From Carpediemonas membranifera BICM (taxonomy: Eukaryota; Protista; Fornicata), in contig JAHDYR010000003.1 of NCBI GenBank assembly GCA_019828565.1, positions 310,001-374,000 on the forward strand: a DNA stretch of 64,000 nucleotides, given 5' to 3'. Shown one piece after another: positions 10,576 through 20,600 of this stretch. Both the position numbers and the translations under genes were made by a program. How positions within the stretch are numbered: position 1 is the stretch's first letter; each line of letters starts with the position of its first letter. The notes below the pieces were generated by a model. It was not told where the DNA came from. It saw only the letters and a program-made list of their open reading frames with translations, and ran no database searches.

Positions 10576-11838
10576 GTCAACGGCCCCCAGCCTGCGCCCG
10601 CCGATCATACACCTCTGACTGATAGGTGTCTCTGGTTTCTGTGCAAGAAGTTCTTCTTCGTTTACCAAGTCACAGAAATGGACGCCGAGTATGTTGAGAG
10701 CCCTCTTATTGGCAGCAAAAGAACACAGAAGCTCCGCATATACGCTGGCATAGTCCTCTTAGCCCGGGCCGACGACCCAATGGCTCGCTTCCGACTCGCC
10801 CGAATGCCCAGAGCCCACGCTGTCCACACCTATTGTCACTCTTTTATTGCAGTCACGCCCCGCGGTCTGTTTGCCCACGGACGCAGCTACGGCCACCTAG
10901 GCATCAGCCAGGGCATGGCGCCAGGTAGATACGGGGGTGTTGATGGAATCGTATCTCTCCCATCACGGATACCATTCGATTGCTGCCCCGCAATCGCCCA
11001 ATATGAGGCAGAACTCATGCCCTGGAAGAAGGACAGGCTGGTGAAGCTGATACATGCGGGTCCCACAACACTCATCAGCACGCCAGCGGGCCTGGCGGTG
11101 GCCTCGAACAACATTGGGCAATTCGTCAACGACGAAGGCTTCGACTTTGAAACTCGACTCTTGTTCCATCAAGTGGATCTGCCTGATTGGTTTCTCCCAG
11201 ATCATATCAATGCCGAGCAGGATCCAATAATCATATCTATGGGTGATCAGCAGTTGATTTGTGGGAACAACAGGAGACACAGGCTCGGAATTGACAATTT
11301 CACAGGATTCACTCAATATCCACTCCATATCGACCGTATATTCACATCCGCATCCTATTACATGATTTTCCTTTCCGGTCGCGCCATATACATTTCCGGC
11401 GACACACCTGTTCGCTCCGACATCAGTCGCCGCGACCTTCGCCAGAACCTGACATTCGAGCAGCAACAGATGCTCCACGGTCTTGCCGAGTGGGTTCCCC
11501 CACAAGCCGGACCACAGATGCTTCAGTTCAAGACCCCTGTCAAAGCATTCTATTGCGACGGCGAAGATTTATTCTGGGTTTCTGAGGGTGTGACCCACGC
11601 TTTTAATGGCAAATATGGCCACTACACGCTCAAATATGAGCTTACCAGGTTTGGGGCAAAGAACGGCGTGGTTTATTACGGTGAGTCCGGCCGCTTCGTT
11701 CAGGACCCCAAGGGAAAGTGGCACCAAGTCCTGAAGAAGACGAGTAATAGGGTATACACAGCCTTTAGAGATATGGAAGATCCAGAGATCGTCATTGATC
11801 TTATTCCGGTGGAGGTCGACCCGGTAGAGGGTCTGTAA
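10012..11838 (+). CDS. F-box-like + RCC1-like repeat family protein (member A)
   Basis: Shares ELP..LHTLLQGT.WA.L..GANPD...CLWFLCKKF and downstream RCC1-like repeats (TPRGLFAHG...GHLG; CGNN...LG) with four other genes in the window. The likely ATG is 10039 or 10153. Confidence 0.75.
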   Translation: MTWLGQRRAMSSTRRRRACDSAVTPGSTPRRRSTTRRLWPQDDRPVWMDKAAQPRDSAALDIEQALISAFRLSVAITSSISGDIPSLLRHAFSRHFNKVLPTGRDAETTNASESSVDLEALQDTLSRIPPLAPTAQVLLDRARSILADGLLLSMNVELAEGQELPVALHTLLQGTLWAILMDAGANPDVNGPQPAPADHTPLTDRCLWFLCKKFFFVYQVTEMDAEYVESPLIGSKRTQKLRIYAGIVLLARADDPMARFRLARMPRAHAVHTYCHSFIAVTPRGLFAHGRSYGHLGISQGMAPGRYGGVDGIVSLPSRIPFDCCPAIAQYEAELMPWKKDRLVKLIHAGPTTLISTPAGLAVASNNIGQFVNDEGFDFETRLLFHQVDLPDWFLPDHINAEQDPIIISMGDQQLICGNNRRHRLGIDNFTGFTQYPLHIDRIFTSASYYMIFLSGRAIYISGDTPVRSDISRRDLRQNLTFEQQQMLHGLAEWVPPQAGPQMLQFKTPVKAFYCDGEDLFWVSEGVTHAFNGKYGHYTLKYELTRFGAKNGVVYYGESGRFVQDPKGKWHQVLKKTSNRVYTAFRDMEDPEIVIDLIPVEVDPVEGL

Positions 11839-11896
11839 TAATAAATAAAGTGACGGCAATTATAAAAAGATTTACGGGACCTGGGCGATGGCCATG

Positions 11897-13671
11897 CTAG
11901 GCGCCGCCTTCCCACGCGTCTAAGTCGACTGAGAGGATGGCGAAGATGTCACAATCATCGGGCGCCTCGCACTCGACCAGCTTCGCCACCCCACTTGACA
12001 CGCCCGTCACCCTGAACCACATGTCGGTGGACTTGCGACATAAGCTGACGGCTGTTTTGGACAACGCTTTTGCCTCAAATAGCACAGAGTACTGAGCATC
12101 TCCATCATGCAGATGAGTGCGGCCTTCAGTGACCCAGACGAGAAGATAATCGTCACAAAAGAACCCCTTGACCCTCTCTGGGAACCGGAGCGGGGTGGCT
12201 GCGACGCACTCCTCGTCAGCGTCGTATCCAGGCGGCAGGCCCGACTGGGCAATCGTCTTTGGAACCTCGCCGGCGAACAGCAGCTGGCGGCCGCTGAAGA
12301 AGACGTTGAAGGAATCTGCTGGCACGACCCGGTCGACCCTGAAGGGCAGCTCCTCGAAGCCAGTCAGCTCATCATCGTGCCCGAGCCCCAGCAGGCCATC
12401 ATGGTTGAACCCGCTGATCATCTGCCGATCGCCCATGGAGAGGATGACAGTCCAGTTAACATGCATGATGTGATCTGGGACAAAGCCAGCGGGCACGGCG
12501 ACTGGGTGGAAGCGGTTCTCCTCCTTGCCTGGACCGATATATAAATGAGATAATTTGCCACCGACAAGCCATGACAGTGCCGACCGGGGTGAGGATGAAG
12601 GTCCGACCGCCCTCCATAGACACATCAGTCACCATCCTGTGCTTCTCCCAGGGGGGCAGGCTGGCCTCGAGCTCGGCGACCTTGGGGCATGCGGGGAAGG
12701 TGAGGCGGGTCGGGTCAACTGCACCACCGGCCGCTGACTCGAACCCGCGTTGATTCGAATGGTTATCCCCCCAGCCCCACAGGCCCTTGGGTGTCCTGGC
12801 GATGTGGGTGCCCCAGTAGCTGTAGACCTCGAGGGCCCTGGGCATCCTGGCCCTGGTGAGGGCCCAATCCCAGTCAGTGTGGAGCATGAAGAGTCGACCC
12901 ATGTACATGCGGTGGTGATAGCATCTGTCGATGTCGTTGAACTGATAGCTCTCGCCGTCCTTCTTGGCAGCGTTCAGCGAGAAGAGAAACTTGCGGCAGA
13001 GGAACCAGGCATTTGGCCTCGGGAGTGAGAATGCGGCGGATCTTGTCGTGCATCTCGATGAAGTCTGGGCATCGCTTTTGATACCGCCTCAGAAGCCTGT
13101 CTTCGAGGTCTGGGTTGGCTCCAGCGTCCATGAGGATGGCCCACAGCGTGCCCTGGAGCAGGGTGTGCAGGGCGACCGGGAGCTCCTGCCCCTCCGCGAG
13201 CTCGACATTCATGGACAGCAGCAGGCCGTCTGCGAGGATCGAGCGGGCGCGGTCGAGGAGGACTTGCGCGGTTGGTGCGAGGGGGGGAATTCTCGAGAGC
13301 GTGTCTTGGAGTGCTTCGAGATCTACGCTGCTTTCTGATGCATTGGTGGTCTCTGCATCGCGCCCTGTGGGCAGGACCTTGTTGAAGTGCCTGGAGAAGG
13401 CGTGGCGGAGCAAAGAGGGGATGTCCCCGGAGATGGAGGAGGTAATGGCGACGGAAAGACGGAATGCGGATATCAGCGCTTGTTCGATGTCCAATGCCGC
13501 GGAATCGCGTGGTTGCGCTGCTTTGTCCATCCAAACAGGCCTGTCGTCTTGTGGCCACAGTCGCCGAGTCGTCGACCGCCGACGAGGCGTCGAGCCTGGT
13601 GTCACGGCGCTGTCGCCAGCTCTGCGACGTCTTGTTGACGACATTGCCCGCCGCTGTCCCAGCCAAGTCAA
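11897..13671 (-). pseudogene. F-box-like/RCC1 family member B, chimeric, two frameshifts
   Basis: The N-terminus is near-identical to member A and the middle is near-identical to member C. Frames switch at AKC|WFLCRKF (~13005) and GTVMA|GGKLSH (~12565). Confidence 0.75.
12357..13030. repeat. Arm of a second ~0.67-kb inverted duplication (partner 16561-17231)
   Basis: Reverse-complement identity from TCTCACTCCCGAGG to GAGCTGACTGGCTT, with one 3-nt indel (HDDEL vs HDEL). Confidence 0.92.
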
Positions 13672-15691
13672 GAGCGCGGCTGCTCAGCTTCGAAGCGTCA
13701 CCAAGCCCTCTGGAGTTCCAGATTAGCGATTGTAGTCTTGTATAACTATGTTCCGGGCGCGGAGGCCGGTCAGCAAGCTCTGCGGCTCGTCTGGGCAAGC
13801 GGGTCGCGGCGACGCGAGGTGACAGCCGATGACGATGGAACACGCGGGAGCGGTCGGCTGACACCAGCAGACCCCTGGGGCACGTTCTGACACGTATGAC
13901 AGGCCTTCCCGGGGCTGCAGCCGACCTGATGCGTGTTAGGGCCCACAACCGATTCGATTGAATCTAGAAATCTCCCGAAGTCGTCACTGCCCTCAGCAGA
14001 ACGAAGACAAAAGTTCATGGAGATCGAAAAGCTTCTCGACAACAACGCATCCGCTTGCTACCAGTGCGAGCAAGCACGCGGTCCCGGCTGCAACACATTC
14101 AAGGGCGTCTGCAGCAAGAGCCCCGAAACCACCGCCATCCAGGACCACATCACGTGGCTCTGCATGCAGCTCGCGGCCGCCGCTGTGCAGAACCGCGCTA
14201 AGGTCACTGACGAGCAGCTCGTTCTGTTCAACCGCGCGATGTTCACGACGCTCACCAACGTCAACTTCGACGACGACGCCCTCATGCGCTACGCCGAGGA
14301 CCTCACCGCCGAGCTGACCACCCTCGGCGTCAGTGGCGTCAACAAGTCCGCCGCCGAGGCCGTCGCGACCCTCAAGGACTACGGGCTCGCCCACCGCATC
14401 CACAAGTTCGGCGAGACCGTCGCCGGCCTCCGCGAGACCGTTGTCTACGGCATCCGCGGCGCCGCCGCCTACGCGGACCACGCCTTCGTGCTCGAGGGCC
14501 TCGACCCCGTGCGCAAGGAGACGTGGATGAACGTCGAGGCGATGGCCGAGCTCAACAAGGACGACCTGTCCGTCGACGCGCTCCTCGGCCTCACGCTCAA
14601 GGTCGGCGAGGCCAACTTCGGCATCATGGCCGCGCTCGACAAGGCGCACAACGCGGCGCTCGGCCAGCCCAGCTTCGCGCCCGTCAACACCCGGCCCGTC
14701 GAGGGCAAGTGCATCCTCATCACGGGCCACGACATGGACGACCTCCACAAGCTGCTCGAGCAGTGCGAGGCGCGCGGTGTGAACGTCTTCACCCACGGCG
14801 AGATGATCCCCGCCCACGCCTACCCCGTCCTGCGCAAGTACAAGTGCCTCGTCGGCAACTACGGCACGTCGTGGCGCAACCAGCGCAAGGAGTTCCCGCT
14901 CTTCCCCGGCCCCGTGCTCTTCACGACGAACTGCATCATGCCCCCGCGCGAGGACTACAAGCACCGCGTGTTCACGACCGGCCGCGTCGGCTTCCCGGGC
15001 CTGACCCACGTCGCGAACGGCGAGTTCGAGCCCGTCATCGCGGCCGCGCTCGAGGCGCCCGGCTACACCAAGGCCGACGTCGAGGCCGCCAACGCCGAGT
15101 CGCCCCTGCTCGTCGGCGCGATGCACGCCGAGGTGCTGAGCCACGCGGGCAAGGTCCTCGAGCTAATCGGCGCGGGCAAGCTGCGCCACATCTTCTTCAT
15201 CGGCGGCTGCGACGGCAGCACGCCCGGCCGCAACTACTTCTCGGACCTCGCCGAGGCCATCCCCGACGACTGCCTGATCCTGACCGGCGCCTGCGGCCGC
15301 TTCCGCATCAACCGGGTCAAGGACTACGGCGACATCGAGGGCATCCCGCGCCTGCTCGACGTCGGCCAGTGCAACGACGTCTTCAGCGCCATCAAGATCG
15401 CGGTCGCCCTGTCCGAGGCCACCGGGCTCGCCGTCAACGACCTGCCGCTCTCGCTGTGCGTGAGCTGGTTCGAGCAGAAGGCCGTCGCCGTGCTGCTGAC
15501 GCTGCTCCACCTGGGCATCCGCAACATCCGCCTCGGCCCCTCGCTGCCCCGTTTCCTGACCCCCGACGCCCTCGCCGTGCTGGCCGACAAGTTCGCCCTG
15601 AAGCCCACGAACAACAAGGACGCCAAGGGCGACCTCGCGGACATGCTCGCCGGCGAGCACTAGACATAAATGTGACATATCTCGTTCCAGC
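13108..15691. repeat. Right arm of the 2,584-bp inverted duplication
   Basis: Mirror of 7992-10575 (coordinate sum 23683). Confidence 0.95.
14017..15663 (+). CDS. hcp: Hybrid cluster protein, copy 2
   Basis: Same protein as copy 1 apart from three substitutions. Confidence 0.97.
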   Translation: MEIEKLLDNNASACYQCEQARGPGCNTFKGVCSKSPETTAIQDHITWLCMQLAAAAVQNRAKVTDEQLVLFNRAMFTTLTNVNFDDDALMRYAEDLTAELTTLGVSGVNKSAAEAVATLKDYGLAHRIHKFGETVAGLRETVVYGIRGAAAYADHAFVLEGLDPVRKETWMNVEAMAELNKDDLSVDALLGLTLKVGEANFGIMAALDKAHNAALGQPSFAPVNTRPVEGKCILITGHDMDDLHKLLEQCEARGVNVFTHGEMIPAHAYPVLRKYKCLVGNYGTSWRNQRKEFPLFPGPVLFTTNCIMPPREDYKHRVFTTGRVGFPGLTHVANGEFEPVIAAALEAPGYTKADVEAANAESPLLVGAMHAEVLSHAGKVLELIGAGKLRHIFFIGGCDGSTPGRNYFSDLAEAIPDDCLILTGACGRFRINRVKDYGDIEGIPRLLDVGQCNDVFSAIKIAVALSEATGLAVNDLPLSLCVSWFEQKAVAVLLTLLHLGIRNIRLGPSLPRFLTPDALAVLADKFALKPTNNKDAKGDLADMLAGEH

Positions 15692-15934
15692 CGATTCACT
15701 CAATTGACGTCCTACGTCAGGCTCGGGCATAACATGCGAGACTTGCGCGAGTATACGGGGCAGCAAGCGGTTTAAGCTCATAGCCACGCCGGCAAACGAA
15801 GAGGGTGGGCCTTGCGCGAGCAGGCGCCGGCAGATGATTGTCGACCTGACCCACGAGCGAGAGCTGTGGCTGGTCGGGTGTTGCAATGGTCCAAGTCAGT
15901 CGGGCGTGTCATTCTCAAGTCATTCTCGAAGACG

Positions 15935-17627
15935 ATGGTTGGTCAGGATCCTTTTCAGCGGCTGGACGCCTGCATTACTAATGTTGATACTGAGATTGCT
16001 AAGCTGAACGGCATGGCACTTCCCGACGAGGAGATCGATGCCCGCCTTGCAAGGATGGACGCTTCTCGCGCTCGCTTAGCCGCCATGCGCTCTTCAGAGC
16101 CCTAGAGCGGCAGGGACATCCAACGGGATGCAATAATTGGCCTGCATTCCGTTATTTCGCGCGACTATGTGGATTTGCCAGGCGACATTCCCACTCTCAT
16201 GCGAGAGGCCTTCACTCGCGAGTTTGGCGAGGAGCTCCCGGACGAAGACGGCGATGTCAAGCAGGCCACAGCTGAGGAGGTGATTAGCGCGCTCACGGCG
16301 CTCGACCTCCACCATCGCACTGCCATCAACTTTGTCAACAGGATTGTCGCGTTTCTCTCTCACGGCCCCCCGCTGTCCATGAACAGACTCCTGAAGCCCG
16401 GAGAGGACCTCCCGGCCGCTCTACACACGCTCAACCAGGGCGCGGTGTGGGCGTGTCTGCTGGGTGGCGGGGCCAACCCCGACCTCGAGGACAGGGTGCT
16501 GGAGGGGGACATAAGTGTTCTTTCAGGTGAAGACGATATCATTTGCCAGCTCTACAACGCTCTCACTCCCGAGGCCAAATGCCTGGTTCCTCTGCCGCAA
16601 GTTTCTCTTCTCGCTGAACGCTGCCAAGAAGGACGGCGAGAGCTATCAGTTCAACGACATCGACAGATGCTATCACCACCGCATGTACATGGGTCGACTC
16701 TTCATGCTCCACACTGACTGGGATTGGGCCCTCACCAGGGCCAGGATGCCCAGGGCCCTCGAGGTCTACAGCTACTGGGGCACCCACATCGCCAGGACAC
16801 CCAAGGGCCTGTGGGGCTGGGGGGATAACCATTCGAATCAACGCGGGTTCGAGTCAGCGGCCGGTGGTGCAGTTGACCCGACCCGCCTCACCTTCCCCGC
16901 ATGCCCCAAGGTCGCCGAGCTCGAGGCCAGCCTGCCCCCCTGGGAGAAGCACAGGATGGTGACTGATGTGTCTATGGAGGGCGGTCGGACCTTCATCCTC
17001 ACCCCGGTCGGCACTGTCATGGCTTGTCGGTGGCAAATTATCTCATTTATATATCGGTCCAGGCAAGGAGGAGAACCGCTTCCACCCAGTCGCCGTGCCC
17101 GCTGGCTTTGTCCCAGATCACATCATGCATGTTAACTGGACTGTCATCCTCTCCATGGGCGATCGGCAGATGATCAGCGGGTTCAACCATGATGGCCTGC
17201 TGGGGCTCGGGCACGATGAGCTGACTGGCTTTGTCGACTTGCCCTTCCGGGTCGATCAGATCATGTCAGACATATACTTCAACGTATTTCTCAGCGGCCG
17301 CCAGTTGCTCATGGCCGGCCCAGTTCCCATTTACCTTCCCATTGATGTCATCCTGGCGGGCCTGCTTCCAGAGGATTCAATCGGGGCGACACGTGTTTCA
17401 CAGCCACCCCACTCCGGTTCCCTGAGAGGGTCAAGGGGTTTTACCCAAATCTGATCTTGGTGATGGAGGGCAAAACCATTTTTTATCACTCTCATGCTGT
17501 TATGTACAAAGTGTTTGCGCCGCTAACCCTCCCTTTAGAGATCGCTGCATGCAGCGATAATTCCTTCCGCAACGCGGCTGGTCAGTGGGTTTTGCTGGAA
17601 AATGACTGGTGTCTATTTTTCATTTAA
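15935..17627 (+). pseudogene. F-box-like/RCC1 family member C, pseudogene
   Basis: In-frame TAG at 16103-16105 between MVGQDPF... and ...LPGDIPTLMREAF, plus frameshifts near 16585, 17025 and 17380. The homologous TPLRFPERVKGF lies in another frame. Confidence 0.75.
16561..17231. repeat. Partner arm of the ~0.67-kb inverted duplication
   Basis: Mirror of 12357-13030. Confidence 0.92.
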
Positions 17628-17651
17628 CGGGCAATAAAGATTATCGATGTT

Positions 17652-20600
17652 TTAATCAGTCTTCTTGGGCACGTTGAGGCCGACACCTGGCAGCTGCATG
17701 GGCGACAGCACCAGCTTGACACCAGGTCGCGGCATGCCCACCAGGGGGGGCAACCCCGACCGCCCGAGGGTTGGGGGGAGTCGGGCTACAGGTGGTGTCC
17801 CGGCCGGAGGGGAATTAGGAGGCAGCTTCATCGGGCTGGCTGTGGATGGGTTGGGCGATTGTCCAAGGGGCGGGCGGATGGCGGGGAGGGTAGGTCTCAC
17901 GCCGACAGGGACGTTCATGCCTCCGATGCTGTTAAGTGAAGACCGACCAGGTTGGGTTGGCATCATCGCCGGCTTGAGCAAGGGAGGCAGGTCCATGGGG
18001 GGCAGCACGGTCGGGGTCGACCCGACGATGGGCTGGGGCTTCAGGTCCTCGTCGTCACTGCCTTTGGTCTTGGTCCTAAACAGCATGACGACCTCGACGA
18101 CAATGGCAGAGCCGGCCATGGCGAGGATGCAGGTGCAGCAGAGACAGCCGAGCAAGAGAAGGGAGGCAACCGCGAACGAGGGGATGACCGCATAGAGCAC
18201 GCTGACCTCGTTGTAAGTCTCGGAGTCGGATGCGATCTCGGTGCCGTCGAACGTGGCAACGATGGTTCGCGTGTCGGCGCTGAGGTACACCTGGGTCGAG
18301 ACGGAGGTGGAAGCAGAGGCAGCGGTAGAGCAAATGGCGTTGTCTGACAGTACAAGGGCCTGCTCCTCGTCGTCGATGAGGATGGCGAACGCGGTGGTGC
18401 CAGTGAGCGTGACATCGGTCATCGTGAGGCAGTACTCGCCCTCAGCCCGCTTGGAGATGGACGGCGAGAACGAATCAGCAAGGTTAGACCCGCTGACCGT
18501 CTCATCTGACACACACGTGACAGTGCCAGCGGTCAGTATGCCCGTAAGTGGCCGAACTCCCATCGCAGCGAAGGGGAGGTTGCTGGGGCAAATCCTTGAC
18601 TCCATAGCGGCGATAAGAGTCGTGCCGGAAAGAGTCAGAGTCGTGTCCGGAGTCTCGAAATCTGCCGGAATGGTCAGGGTCGTCGACTCAATGGTCGAGT
18701 CGGAGAATTCAACCTCAAGCTCGTAGTCGCCTGGGTGGATGGCGCCGTCGCTGCTCCCCACGATGGGGATGATTTCCACTGGACTAGTTGAGATAATCGT
18801 GGCGGCGACACCGTCAACCGTGATGGCGTCAATGTCGCTCCGGCCGGAGACCTCCACAGACGTCGTCGAGTTCTCGACCTCAGAGAGGCAGGTTGAGTGG
18901 CCGTGCCCGTCGGCGTCGTTGGTCGACCCAGTGCCGCAGGTCTGGCAGATGTCAGCGCCGGGGGAGTCGGCGAAATGGCCGCCGTCGCAGACTTCTGGGG
19001 TTGAGCGGCCGTCTGAAGGGACGACTGAGCCTGGGGGGGCGTCGACGCACTCCCAGTAGCCGGGGGCAGGCGAGTATGACCCAGCGGGGCAGGGGGCGCA
19101 CGAGTGCCAGGAGTCGGCGTAGTTACCGGCATCGCAGGTCATGCCGATCATGCTCAGCTCGTACGCCCCGTCAACGAGGGATACGACCGCCATAGACATG
19201 GGGTCGACGGCAAGCCCGTGGCCGAAGCCAGGGTCTGGGTCAAAGCCGTCGTCCCTGAGATAAACGTGTACAGTGGCCGTGGCAGAGCCGGAAGCCCTGC
19301 TGTAGAGATGGACGGCGCCGAACGCGTCTGTGGCGGCGACGGTGGTTCCATGGACAGCGACTGCCCGGCCAAGACCCTGGTCCTCGATCGGGTCGAAGTC
19401 GGGCCAGATGACAGAGTCCGTGTCTGATACCCACATCCCAAAGGAGCCAGCAGCAGTCCGGTGACCGGAAAATCCAGTGTCCAGTGCGCCGTCGCCGAAC
19501 GCCACAGTTTCTCCAGATGTGGCGGAGACGACCCTGCTGAACTGCACCGAGTTGACTGCGGTACATGGCATGAGGAACGCGCAGACGCGGCTCTCGTCGG
19601 CCATGCCCACGGCAAACCTGATCGAGGGGGCGAGGCTCATGATTCCCACGGTCAGGGCGACCCCTCCGATCGCTGTCGGGGTATACTGGTCGATCCACTC
19701 TTCGTTGGTCTCGTCGTACAAGAAGAACTCTACTACAGACGTGCCAGCGGAGTCGTCCCACGCGAGGGCTGCGAGGAGGGGGTACTGCAGGTCGAGGGAC
19801 TTGCCAAACTCGGCAGTGCTGGTGGCAGTCAGCGTTGAGTGGAAGGGGAAGGTGTGGCCGTCGCGGGTGTACACGAACACGGCCCCGGCCCCGGCGTCGG
19901 TCAGGCTGGGGGCGCCGACTGCGAGCCAGTCATCCCTCAGCACCATGGCGTGCCCGAAGTCCGTGGCGGCCGATGGCGGGGTGACTGTGGCGTTGGGGGT
20001 CCACACCGAGAGTACGGCGGTGTAGAGGCTGACCTGGTTCGTCTCGGGCAGACCGACGAGGAGGAGGTCGTCGTCGAGGGCTACGGCTGGGGTATACGAG
20101 CTGACGCCGAGGTCGAGGGTCTGGATGCCGTATGATCTGGTGCACGAGGTCGACTCGGCCGCAGTCTGGCTGGTAGCCACGGGGCACTCGATGGGGGCGG
20201 TGTGGGCATAGCCGTCATCTGGGACAAAGAAGCCGGCGTCGGCAGACAGACACTCAGTGGAGCCCTTGTTGGGCTGGTACGTGCCGGCATCGCAGGGCAC
20301 GCATGTTGTTGAATTGTCGGCGTAGGACCCGTTGAGGCACCTGGTGTGGCTGTTGGAATAGGCGATGCTGCCGCTGGGCACGGGGCCACACTCGAGCCAG
20401 GACGTCGCGACCTCGTCGACAGGACAGTCGTAGCGGGAGTAAATGACGATGTCGCTATACCCAACAACAATTAGGCCGCTGTCTGTGATCTTGAGCCCCA
20501 TCCCCATCGCCTCGCCCGAGACGACACCTGGTATAGTGAGCGTGTGGGCCGCCGACCAGAACCCTGGGGCAACGCGGTCGTAGACAACAATCGATCCATT

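Noticed and set aside
16103-16105. In-frame TAG as evidence of a TAA/TAG=Gln genetic code or read-through
   Set aside because: Conserved genes here end properly at TAG/TAA (kinase, hcp, La, Maf), and the same gene has several frameshifts.
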